Assembly: GCF_900167395.1 (NCBI RefSeq)
Contig: NZ_FUWK01000002.1
Span: forward strand, 120,001 to 152,000
Origin: Nitrosomonas europaea
Lineage (GTDB): Bacteria; Pseudomonadota; Gammaproteobacteria; Burkholderiales; Nitrosomonadaceae
Reading direction: 5' to 3'
DNA length: 32,000 nucleotides
Shown here: positions 20,318 to 28,462 of the stretch, in pieces
Layout: the number at the start of each line of letters is the position of its first letter
How positions within the stretch are numbered: the stretch's first letter is position 1
Notes under the pieces: model-generated
The model's input: the letters and a program-made list of their open reading frames with translations, nothing else
What the model was told of the DNA's origin: nothing
The model's database searches: none
Program-made: the position numbers and the translations under genes

Positions 20318-21196
20318 ATGACTGCCGTCCCGTTACTCCAAACCTCTCCGGCACCGCACAAGGTGGTTACGCAGGAATCACCGTGGGCGCGCTGGACACT
20401 CATCCTGCTGGCCCTCTCCTTCCTGTCGCTTTTTCTTTTACTGCCCCTGGTAGCAGTTTTCTTTGAGGCACTGAGAAAAGGATGGGAAGTTTATCTTGCA
20501 GCCATCACTGAACCCGATGCCCTCGCCGCCATCCGCCTGACCCTGATTGCAGCCGCCATCGCCGTACCGCTCAACCTGATATTCGGTATCGCAGCCGCCT
20601 GGGCAATTGCCAAATTTGAGTTCCGCGGCAAAAGTATCCTCACCTCCCTGATCGATCTGCCATTCTCCGTCTCTCCCGTCGTCGCCGGATTGATTTACGT
20701 ACTGATATTCGGCCTGCAGGGCTGGATCGGTCCATGGCTGCGGGAGCATGATCTTTCCATCATTTTTGCCGTGCCCGGCATCGTTCTGGCAACGATTTTC
20801 GTGACTGTGCCGTTCATTGCACGTGAGCTGATTCCACTGATGCAGGCACAGGGAAGCGAGGAGGAAGAAGCCGCCATCATTCTGGGCGCAAGTGGCTGGC
20901 AGACACTGTGGTACGTCACGCTTCCCAACATCAAATGGGGATTGCTGTATGGCACCATTCTCTGCAATGCCCGAGCAATGGGCGAGTTTGGCGCCGTCTC
21001 GGTCGTTTCCGGACATATTCGCGGCCTGACCAACACTCTTTCCCTGCACGTCGAAATTCTCTACAACGAATACAACTTTGTTGCTGCTTTTGCAGTGGCT
21101 TCCTTGCTGGCATTACTTGCACTGATTACGCTGGTACTGAAAACGCTGGTTGAAGCAAAAGTGGCACAACAAACCTCCAGAGGAAATCATTCATGA
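20318..21196 (+). CDS. cysW: sulfate/thiosulfate ABC transporter permease
   Basis: The EAA loop is [22 protein letters not shown]. It is paralogous to cysT. Its stop overlaps the cysA start as ATGA. Confidence 0.9.
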   Translation: MTAVPLLQTSPAPHKVVTQESPWARWTLILLALSFLSLFLLLPLVAVFFEALRKGWEVYLAAITEPDALAAIRLTLIAAAIAVPLNLIFGIAAAWAIAKFEFRGKSILTSLIDLPFSVSPVVAGLIYVLIFGLQGWIGPWLREHDLSIIFAVPGIVLATIFVTVPFIARELIPLMQAQGSEEEEAAIILGASGWQTLWYVTLPNIKWGLLYGTILCNARAMGEFGAVSVVSGHIRGLTNTLSLHVEILYNEYNFVAAFAVASLLALLALITLVLKTLVEAKVAQQTSRGNHS

Positions 21197-22281
21197 CTAT
21201 CGAAATACACGATCTCTCCAAGCAATTCGGCTCTTTCACCGCACTGAACGACATCAATCTGAAAGTCAACCCGGGAGAGCTGCTCGCGCTGCTGGGTCCT
21301 TCCGGCTCCGGTAAAACCACTCTGCTGCGGGTCATTGCCGGCCTTGAAACAGCTGATTCCGGTCAAGTGCTGTTCAACGAGGAAGATTCAACCGACAAAC
21401 ACATTCGTGATCGGCATGTCGGATTTGTCTTCCAGCATTACGCACTTTTTCGCAATATGACCATTTTCGAGAACGTAGCATTCGGCTTGCGTGTACGCCC
21501 TAGAAAACAGCGCCCCAACGCTCCGGAAATCAATCACCGCGTGACTGAACTGCTGCAACTGGTGCAACTCGACTGGCTGGCAGATCGTTATCCGCACCAG
21601 CTTTCCGGGGGGCAACGCCAGCGCATCGCATTGGCACGGGCACTGGCAGTCGAACCCAGTGTTCTGTTACTGGATGAGCCATTCGGTGCGCTCGATGCCA
21701 AAGTGCGCAAGGAGCTGCGTGCCTGGCTGCGCAAACTGCACGATGACATGCACATTACCAGTGTCTTCGTGACACATGATCAGGAAGAAGCACTGGAAGT
21801 GGCAGATCGGATCGTCGTCATGAACCGGGGCCGTATCGAACAAATCGGCACTCCCGATGAAGTCTATGAGAAACCGGCCAACCCGTTCGTATATGAATTT
21901 CTTGGACACGTCAATCTGTTCCACGGGCGTGTGCATCAGGGCCATGCATGGATTGGCGATCTCGAAGTCGATGCCCCGGAGTACTCAGAAGCAGAAGATC
22001 TCAGTGCCATCGCCTATGTGCGGCCGCATGACATCGAAGTGGACCGGACATTAAACGGTGAACCGGCTCTGGCTGCTCATATCGTCCATATTCTCGCTAT
22101 CGGACCGGTCGTACGGCTGGAGCTGGCAGGCAAAGACAATCAAAGTACAAACAGTATTTATGCCGAGATCAGCAAGGAGCGTTTTCGTGAGTTGCAACTG
22201 GCAAGAGGAGATCAGGTTTTCATCAAGCCGCGCAAGCTCGATCTGTTTCCAAACCATGCCCAAAACGGATCGATACATTGA
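21193..22281 (+). CDS. cysA: sulfate/thiosulfate ABC transporter ATP-binding protein
   Basis: Walker A is GPSGSGKTT, the signature motif is LSGGQRQR and Walker B is LLLDEPF. A C-terminal TOBE-like regulatory domain is present. Confidence 0.95.
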   Translation: MTIEIHDLSKQFGSFTALNDINLKVNPGELLALLGPSGSGKTTLLRVIAGLETADSGQVLFNEEDSTDKHIRDRHVGFVFQHYALFRNMTIFENVAFGLRVRPRKQRPNAPEINHRVTELLQLVQLDWLADRYPHQLSGGQRQRIALARALAVEPSVLLLDEPFGALDAKVRKELRAWLRKLHDDMHITSVFVTHDQEEALEVADRIVVMNRGRIEQIGTPDEVYEKPANPFVYEFLGHVNLFHGRVHQGHAWIGDLEVDAPEYSEAEDLSAIAYVRPHDIEVDRTLNGEPALAAHIVHILAIGPVVRLELAGKDNQSTNSIYAEISKERFRELQLARGDQVFIKPRKLDLFPNHAQNGSIH

Positions 22282-23219
22282 TGACAGCCTCTGAAAAAAC
22301 GGTTTTGCCGGAATTATCCTATCTGCGCACGACAATCAGCAACGTTGTCATTGAGTTGCGTAATTTACGCGAGACTTCACTGGAGCATCGGCAGAGACTC
22401 AACAATCCGCCCAAACTTCCCTCACGCAAAACGCTGGCGGACATCATCGACAAATTGAGTGCCGCATTGTTTCCCAACCGCCTGGGTCAACCCGACCTGA
22501 CCGGAGAAAGTATCGATTACTTCGTAGGGTACACACTGGATACCGCCCTGCGCGATCTGTCGGCAGAGGTAATCCGGGAGCTCCATTTTGCTTCCGGGCT
22601 CGAGGCCGTCAGCCATACGGTTCGAGAGCGGGCGGTGGAAATCACGCATGTATTTGCCGGGCAGTTGCCTGCCATACGCCATATTCTGGACAGTGACATT
22701 CGTGCAGCCTATGAAGGCGATCCGGCTGCACACAATATCGACGAGGTACTGGTCTGCTACCCAGGGATCACCGCCATCATCCATTACCGGCTGGCACATG
22801 AACTGCACAAGCTGGGAGTCCCTCTGATTGCACGCATGATTTCAGAAATCGCGCATTCTCTGACCGGCATAGAAATACATCCCGGAGCCCGGATTGGTGA
22901 CAGTTTCTTCATAGATCACGGAACCGGAGTCGTCATCGGGGAAACGGCCATCATCGGTCGTAAAGTACGCCTGTATCAGGCAGTCACTCTAGGCGCCAAA
23001 CATTTCCCGGTAGATGAACAAGGTGCCTTGATCAAGGGAAATCAGCGTCATCCTGTCGTCGAAGACGATGTCGTGATCTACGCGGGAGCGACCATCCTCG
23101 GGCGTATCACTATCGGACATGGCTCCACGATAGGCGGAAATGTCTGGCTGACACACGACATCCCCCCCGGGAGTCATATCACCCAGGCGCAGATGCGCCA
23201 TGAAAAAGTACCCGGTTAA
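22281..23219 (+). CDS. cysE: serine O-acetyltransferase, long form with a ~130-aa N-terminal helical extension
   Basis: The left-handed beta-helix hexapeptide region is GARIGDSFFIDHGTGVVIGETAIIGRKVRLYQAVTLG...VVIYAGATILGRITIGHGSTIGGNVWL. The ATG at 22281 overlaps the cysA stop as TGATG. The ORF-track start at 22278 is a TTG. Confidence 0.85.
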   Translation: MTASEKTVLPELSYLRTTISNVVIELRNLRETSLEHRQRLNNPPKLPSRKTLADIIDKLSAALFPNRLGQPDLTGESIDYFVGYTLDTALRDLSAEVIRELHFASGLEAVSHTVRERAVEITHVFAGQLPAIRHILDSDIRAAYEGDPAAHNIDEVLVCYPGITAIIHYRLAHELHKLGVPLIARMISEIAHSLTGIEIHPGARIGDSFFIDHGTGVVIGETAIIGRKVRLYQAVTLGAKHFPVDEQGALIKGNQRHPVVEDDVVIYAGATILGRITIGHGSTIGGNVWLTHDIPPGSHITQAQMRHEKVPG

Positions 23220-23327
23220 TTTCAATTGCATATCTTTATTTCGTATATGCGAATAACGCCGGATTATTCAGAATAGTTCGGTGACACAAAACGCTGTTTC
23301 TTCCCAACAATCTTCAGGAGAATTTAA

Positions 23328-24245
23328 ATGACTGATATTCATCAGGCACAGACCGCATTAGGTGATGTTGCGGCCCGTACACTTGCCAACGCGACTAAAA
23401 CCATTCCCATGATGGGCACGATCACGCCACGGTGGCTAACTCATCTGCTGCAGTGGGTTCCGGTCGAGGCGGGTATCTACCGCGTCAATAAAGTCAAAGA
23501 TCCTGACGAGGTTGAAGTCGACTGCTCCAACAAGGATGAGCGCGAATTACCTGCCACTTACGTAGATTATGAGGAATGGGGGCGTGAGTATGTACTCAGT
23601 GCAGTCAATACCGTGCTGGATGTCCACACTCGCGTCGCCGATCTTTACAGCAGCCCGCACGATCAGACCCGCGAGCAACTCCGGCTGATCATTGAAACCA
23701 TCAAGGAACGCCAGGAAAAAGAACTGGTGAACAACAAGGAATACGGTTTGCTCAACAATGTTGCCAGAAACATGAAGATCAAAGCGCGTACAGGCGCACC
23801 CACCCCGGATGATCTGGATGATCTGATCTCACTCGTCTGGAAGGAACCGGCCTTCTTTCTGGCACATCCCAAAGCCATTGCGGCATTTGGTCGGGAGTGC
23901 ACACGGCGTGGCGTACCTCCTCCCACCGTATCGATGTTCGGCTCACAATTCCTTACCTGGCGCGGGCTACCCCTCATTCCATGCGACAAGATAGGCATTA
24001 CCGGAGGGAAAACAAGTATCCTGCTGCTACGCACGGGTGAAAGCCGGCAAGGGGTGGTAGGACTCTATCAGCCGGGACTGCAAGGCGAACAGGGCATGGG
24101 ATTATCTTTACGTTTCATGGGGATCAACCATAAGGCCATCGCTTCTTATCTGGTTTCACTGTATTGCTCACTGGCCGTGTTGACTGAAGATGCACTCGGT
24201 GTTCTGGAAAATGTCGAAGTGGGTAAATACCATGAATACAAATGA
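23328..24245 (+). CDS. Family 2A-type encapsulin shell protein (HK97-fold nanocompartment, SrpI-like)
   Basis: 305 aa, with AGGAG 8 nt upstream. The blocks ITPRWL, VEAGIYRVNKV, SAVNTVLDVHTRV, REQLRL, WKEPAFFLAHPKAIAAFGRECTRRGVPPP, GESRQGVVGLYQPGL, GMGLSLRFMGIN and ASYLVSLYCSLAVLTEDAL match my recollection of SrpI-type Family 2A shells. There is no cNMP-binding insertion. The downstream cargo-type desulfurase also supports the call. Confidence 0.8.
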   Translation: MTDIHQAQTALGDVAARTLANATKTIPMMGTITPRWLTHLLQWVPVEAGIYRVNKVKDPDEVEVDCSNKDERELPATYVDYEEWGREYVLSAVNTVLDVHTRVADLYSSPHDQTREQLRLIIETIKERQEKELVNNKEYGLLNNVARNMKIKARTGAPTPDDLDDLISLVWKEPAFFLAHPKAIAAFGRECTRRGVPPPTVSMFGSQFLTWRGLPLIPCDKIGITGGKTSILLLRTGESRQGVVGLYQPGLQGEQGMGLSLRFMGINHKAIASYLVSLYCSLAVLTEDALGVLENVEVGKYHEYK

Positions 24246-25857
24246 GTTCAACCAGTGGATAGATAAAGTATCGGGTGAGGCATCCGCTTATGTACCCGAT
24301 ATTGAGTCACTGACGCAAATGGGCAATGCGTTATTCAACACTCCTCCGCTTTCCCGATCGACCGAACCGCCTGCTTTGACGGTTCCCGGTGCTGAAGTCA
24401 GTCATTCACGCCCGGCCACCGGGTCGAGCTACCCTTCGACCATTCCACTGCCTTGCGAAGCGGAACTGAAAGCCCTGTTCACACCGAATCAGTATCGTGC
24501 GCCGGCTCATATCAGCCTGTCTGATTCAGATCATTCCGGTCATCCACCGTGGGAATCATCATTTTATTTCCTCGATGAAGGGATAGCACCCGAGCGCCAT
24601 GACCGGGCAGCACAAATTCCTGCTGCCCATCCCCCCTTCGATATCCATGCGATCCGGCGTGATTTCCCCATTTTACAGGAACACGTCAATGGGCATTCCC
24701 TGGTCTGGCTGGACAATGCGGCAACGACACAGAAACCTCAGGCCGTCATCGATCGGCTGACCTATTTCTACACGCACGAAAATTCCAATATTCACCGGGC
24801 AGCACATGAACTGGCAGCCCGTGCGACAGATGCGTATGAGGAATCGAGGAATAAGGTTCGCCAGTTTCTCAACGCCGCATCCACCGATGAAATCATCTTT
24901 CTGCGGGGAACGACGGAAGCGATCAACCTCGTTGCCCAAAGCTGGGGGCGGCAGCATATCAGCGCCGGAGACGAGATCATCATTACCTGGCTGGAACATC
25001 ATGCCAATATCGTTCCATGGCAGATGCTGTGTAATGAAACGGGCGCCCGATTGCGCGTGGTACCGGTCGATGAGGATGGACAGGTTTTGCTGGAAGAATA
25101 TCAAAAGCTGCTCAACTCACACACCAGACTCGTTGCATTCTCACAGGTTTCAAATGCACTCGGGACCATCACACCTGCCAGACAAATGGTGGAAATGGCA
25201 CACCGCGTCGGTGCACGTGTACTGGTCGATGGAGCACAATCGGTTTCACACATGCGGGTCGACGTCCAGCAACTCGATTGTGACTGGTTCGTTTTTTCCG
25301 GGCATAAGGTATTCGGCCCGACCGGTATTGGTGTTCTATATGGCAAGACAGAACTGCTCAACGACACACAGCCATGGCAGGGTGGCGGCAATATGATTCA
25401 AGATGTCACTTTCGAAAAGACAGCTTATCACGGTGCCCCTGCCCGGTTCGAGGCGGGGACCGGTAATATTGCCGATGCAGTAGGACTGGGCGCCGCAATC
25501 GACTATGTGGAACGTATCGGTCTTGAAAATATCAGCCGCTACGAGCACGAATTGATGACCTATGCTACCGGGTGCCTAAAATCGATAGCAGGACTGCGAC
25601 TCATTGGTACCGCACCAGATAAAGCAGGTGTACTGTCTTTTACCCTGAAGGATTTCTCTACGGAAGAAGTCGGTACTGCTCTCAATCGTGAAGGTATTGC
25701 GGTACGTGCCGGTCATCATTGTGCCCAGCCTATTCTGCGCCGCTTCGGCGTGGAAAGTACCGTCCGCCCCTCGCTGGCTTTTTATAACACGTATACGGAT
25801 ATCGACAGGCTGGCCGCTGCCATAGACCGTATCCGGGGAAAGAAAAACGCATTCTGA
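24232..25857 (+). CDS. group II (SufS/CsdA-type) cysteine desulfurase with a ~135-aa disordered N-terminal extension (putative encapsulin cargo)
   Basis: The core starts near 24637 (FDIHAIRRDFPIL...LDNAATTQKP). The PLP lysine lies in SGHK (Lys codon 25306..25308) and the catalytic Cys in RAGHHCAQP (codon 25720..25722). The first in-frame ATG after the ORF-track start that gives a sensible N-terminus is 24232, which overlaps the shell gene by 14 nt. Confidence 0.88.
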   Translation: MNTNEFNQWIDKVSGEASAYVPDIESLTQMGNALFNTPPLSRSTEPPALTVPGAEVSHSRPATGSSYPSTIPLPCEAELKALFTPNQYRAPAHISLSDSDHSGHPPWESSFYFLDEGIAPERHDRAAQIPAAHPPFDIHAIRRDFPILQEHVNGHSLVWLDNAATTQKPQAVIDRLTYFYTHENSNIHRAAHELAARATDAYEESRNKVRQFLNAASTDEIIFLRGTTEAINLVAQSWGRQHISAGDEIIITWLEHHANIVPWQMLCNETGARLRVVPVDEDGQVLLEEYQKLLNSHTRLVAFSQVSNALGTITPARQMVEMAHRVGARVLVDGAQSVSHMRVDVQQLDCDWFVFSGHKVFGPTGIGVLYGKTELLNDTQPWQGGGNMIQDVTFEKTAYHGAPARFEAGTGNIADAVGLGAAIDYVERIGLENISRYEHELMTYATGCLKSIAGLRLIGTAPDKAGVLSFTLKDFSTEEVGTALNREGIAVRAGHHCAQPILRRFGVESTVRPSLAFYNTYTDIDRLAAAIDRIRGKKNAF

Positions 25858-25866
25858 ACACCATGC

Positions 25867-25900
25867 GGTACAGATAACAGGCCTGCATAATTTCTGTACC
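25867..25900. other. 8-bp inverted repeat between the desulfurase stop and the cysB start
   Basis: ggtacaga (25867..25874) pairs with tctgtacc (25893..25900), with an 18-nt loop. No U-tract follows. It could be a weak terminator or a protein-binding palindrome. Confidence 0.2.
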
Positions 25901-25951
25901 ACATCCATTCCTCCACGCCACCACACACGTATCGACAACAGGTATAAACAC

Positions 25952-26869
25952 GTGAATTTTCAGCAACTCCGCATCATCAGTGAAACAATTCGGCAGAATT
26001 ACAATTTGACGGAAGTGGCCAATGCCCTGTTTACCTCGCAATCCGGGGTCAGCAAGCATATCAAAGATCTGGAAGATGAACTGAACATCGATCTGTTCAT
26101 CCGAAAGGGCAAACGCCTGACCGGACTGACCGCACCGGGCAAGGAACTGGTCAAAATCGTTGACCGCATTCTGCTGGATACCAGAAATATCAAACGACTG
26201 GCAGAACAGTTCAGTCAGCATGACCAGGGTGAACTGACCGTGGCTACCACCCACACCCAGGCACAATACGCCTTACCGGATGTTGTTAGGCAATTCAAGG
26301 AAATATTCCCAAAAGTACATCTCGTACTTCACGAATCCAGTCCCGGCGAGATCGTATCCATGCTGCTGAATGGCCAGGCGGATATTGGCATCGCAACCGA
26401 AGCGCTGGAGAGTACTTCTGAACTGGTATCGTTTCCGTACTATACCTGGCATCATGCGATCATCGTACCGGCAGAACATCCGCTGCAATCGATACACCCT
26501 CTCACACTCGAAGCTGTTGCGCAATTTCCGATCATTACCTATCACAAGGGTTTTACCGGGCGTTCCCGAATCGATCAGGCGTTCTCTCGCGCGGAATTGA
26601 CACCCAATATCGCCATGTCCGCTCTCGATGCAGATGTCATCAAAACCTATGTCACTCTGGGTATGGGAATTGGTATCGTTGCATCTGTCGCATTTACACC
26701 GGAACGGGATACAAAACTGATCAAACTGGATGGTTCTCATCTGTTCGAGCAGAATACCACCTGCATATCCATACGACGTAACCACTATCTGCGCGGATAC
26801 GCCTACCGGTTCATCGAGCTGTGCATCCCTTCACTGAGCAGAGATACCATCTGCTCAGAAATACAATAG
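25952..26869 (+). CDS. cysB: LysR-family transcriptional regulator of the cysteine regulon (CysB/Cbl type)
   Basis: The GTG start aligns residue-for-residue with the E. coli CysB N-terminus (MNFQQLRII vs MKLQQLRYI). TSQSGVSKHIKDLEDEL, ATTHTQAQYALP, ADIGIATEAL, TGRSRIDQAF and DADVIKTYVTLGMGIGIVAS are all present. Confidence 0.9.
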   Translation: MNFQQLRIISETIRQNYNLTEVANALFTSQSGVSKHIKDLEDELNIDLFIRKGKRLTGLTAPGKELVKIVDRILLDTRNIKRLAEQFSQHDQGELTVATTHTQAQYALPDVVRQFKEIFPKVHLVLHESSPGEIVSMLLNGQADIGIATEALESTSELVSFPYYTWHHAIIVPAEHPLQSIHPLTLEAVAQFPIITYHKGFTGRSRIDQAFSRAELTPNIAMSALDADVIKTYVTLGMGIGIVASVAFTPERDTKLIKLDGSHLFEQNTTCISIRRNHYLRGYAYRFIELCIPSLSRDTICSEIQ

Positions 26870-26881
26870 AACGACTACTGA
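26783..26881. repeat. direct repeat copy 1 (the functional 3' end of cysB and 12 nt beyond its stop)
   Basis: I aligned this by hand to 27971..28068. There is a perfect 37-bp core (26809..26845 = 27998..28034), about 6 substitutions and 3 small indels overall. It contains a 9-bp-stem hairpin, ctgagcaga (26834..26842) and tctgctcag (26850..26858). Confidence 0.85.
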
Positions 26882-27178
26882 TGCGAGATTGGCATGAGTC
26901 CATATTCCAGCGTTTCAAATGACTGATTGGTGCCGTCGTATAGCGTAAACTCTTACAGTTCGGCGCGTTCAGAACTTCATGGATGGTTGTCCGGCTGACA
27001 CAGAAGCGTTCCGCCAGCTGTGTTATTTTCCAGAGTCAAATTTAATAAAGATGCAAAATTTCCTGATGATCCGGTAAAGTCAGGCATGTGCATCTATGTA
27101 CGTTCATCTGCAGTATTTTTCTGAATACTGTAAATAACACTAGAAATTCTTATATATAAAAGAAGAAGGGGAAATTGC

Positions 27179-27940
27179 GTGTTTAAAAGAGTCGGTATTT
27201 TTGTTGCGCTCGTTACATTGAGTTTGATATTTAATCAACCCGCCACGGCTGGCAGAACCGTAGAGGATTTTCAGGTTTGGGGAAATATTACTGCACTTGG
27301 TAATTTTGGCTTCGTCAATCCGGGCAACCCCGATTTGAAGAAATTCAGATGGTGGATGGAAGGACAGGGACGATTCGGTAATGATTCCTCACAGTTTACG
27401 CAGGCTATCATCCGCCCGGGTTTGGGCTATGCGATCACTGATAAAATCATCATCTGGGCGGGCTATGCCTGGATTCCCTCGGATGAACCGCTGGTACCAA
27501 AGTCAGGGCTCCCGTTCGATGAGCATAGAATCTGGCAGCAGGTAACCTGGGCGGATGAATTTTCTTTCGGTAAATTGTCATTGCGCAGTCGCTTTGAGCA
27601 GCGCTTCTTTGATCACAATGCACCTGTTTCTGGTAGTGACGATGTGGCTTACCGTTTCCGTCAGCTGGTAAAACTGGCGATTCCAGTCGCCATGATCGAT
27701 CCCAATCTTACTTTTATCATTCAGAACGAATTGTTCATCGGGTTGAACACGGTTAGTAACCCGGGCTTTATTTCTCGCGGCTTCGATCAGAATCGCGCTT
27801 TTGTGGGTCTGGGTTACAAAGTTCATCAGAATGCGACCGTTGAACTGGGTTATATGAACCAATTCATTGACAGGCGCCATAATCCTCGTCCTGATCAAAT
27901 GATGCACAATTTTGCAGTTAACCTGTTTCTGAATTTCTAA
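27179..27940 (+). CDS. outer-membrane beta-barrel protein, DUF2490-type candidate
   Basis: The GTG start follows AAGGGGA. The signal peptide ends in ...NQPATA/G. Alternating beta-strand patterns are present, and the C-terminus ...AVNLFLNF ends in Phe as in typical outer-membrane proteins. Confidence 0.5.
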   Translation: MFKRVGIFVALVTLSLIFNQPATAGRTVEDFQVWGNITALGNFGFVNPGNPDLKKFRWWMEGQGRFGNDSSQFTQAIIRPGLGYAITDKIIIWAGYAWIPSDEPLVPKSGLPFDEHRIWQQVTWADEFSFGKLSLRSRFEQRFFDHNAPVSGSDDVAYRFRQLVKLAIPVAMIDPNLTFIIQNELFIGLNTVSNPGFISRGFDQNRAFVGLGYKVHQNATVELGYMNQFIDRRHNPRPDQMMHNFAVNLFLNF

Positions 27941-27970
27941 TATGCAAAGTCATTAATCCAGAGAGGTAAT

Positions 27971-28068
27971 CACTATTATTTGCGCGGATGCCTGCCAGTT
28001 CATCGAGCTGTGCATCCCTTCACTGAGCAGAGATCATCTGCTCAGAAATACAGCAGAACGATTACTGA
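27971..28068 (+). pseudogene. decayed duplicate of the cysB 3' end (direct repeat copy 2)
   Basis: This is the same ~98-bp sequence as 26783..26881. It carries a 3-nt insertion, two 2-nt deletions (the first shifts the frame relative to cysB) and loss of the stop (caatag becomes cagcag). The hairpin arms are intact and only the loop is shortened. Confidence 0.7.
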
Positions 28069-28412
28069 AACCAGCTGGTCTTTTCCGGATTCTCGTTCGG
28101 AGTACGATTATCTGCATTGTCCGAGGTACGGTTATCTGTATCAGAAGGCCAGGAAGAAAATGGAAACGGGCGTTGTTCGCTGTTGAATGTCAGGAACAGA
28201 CTGATCTGGTAATCATACATTGCCAGCTGGCGGCCCAGTTTGAGCAGTCGGGTATTGGCCTGCCCGGTCAGGACAGTCGATCCGAGCTGAAACAGGGCCA
28301 GCAGCACGATCAGAAATTTCACACTCCCCTGGATAAACATGAACAGCAACATAAAAAGTACACGAATCCAGGTTTCAGTACTCTGCAATCGTTGTTTTAC
28401 TTCGTCATTCAT
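28062..28412 (-). CDS. small membrane protein, DUF4389-type
   Basis: TWIRVLFMLLFMFI...LFQLGSTVLTGQANTRLLKLGRQLAMYDYQISLFLTFNSEQRPFPF matches my recollection of DUF4389. I chose the ATG at 28412, because the 28427 start in the ORF track is a TTG. Confidence 0.55.
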   Translation of the reverse strand: MNDEVKQRLQSTETWIRVLFMLLFMFIQGSVKFLIVLLALFQLGSTVLTGQANTRLLKLGRQLAMYDYQISLFLTFNSEQRPFPFSSWPSDTDNRTSDNADNRTPNENPEKTSWFQ

Positions 28413-28462
28413 AAAGTGATGTCTCAAACGGGTTGATGAATTCGGCTATATATTTACTACTT

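Noticed and set aside
20438-21049. 203-aa ORF on the minus strand
   Set aside because: It is antisense to cysW, whose ABC permease EAA motif is clear. It is a shadow ORF with no independent support.
25730-26785. Minus-strand ORFs of 178 aa (25730..26266) and 170 aa (26273..26785)
   Set aside because: Both are antisense to the desulfurase 3' end and to cysB. Both of those genes have strong homology-type evidence, and the antisense ORFs have no motifs.
26870-27178. AT-rich 309-bp leader upstream of the DUF2490 gene as a possible riboswitch or sRNA
   Set aside because: It holds only short 6-bp inverted repeats, such as cagtat/atactg near 27111..27130. I recognise no conserved riboswitch core, so I treat it as promoter or insertion-associated DNA.
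27980-28186. 68-aa plus-strand ORF
   Set aside because: It starts inside the decayed cysB 3'-end duplicate, in a different frame, and then runs antisense through the DUF4389 gene. It is an artefact of the duplication.
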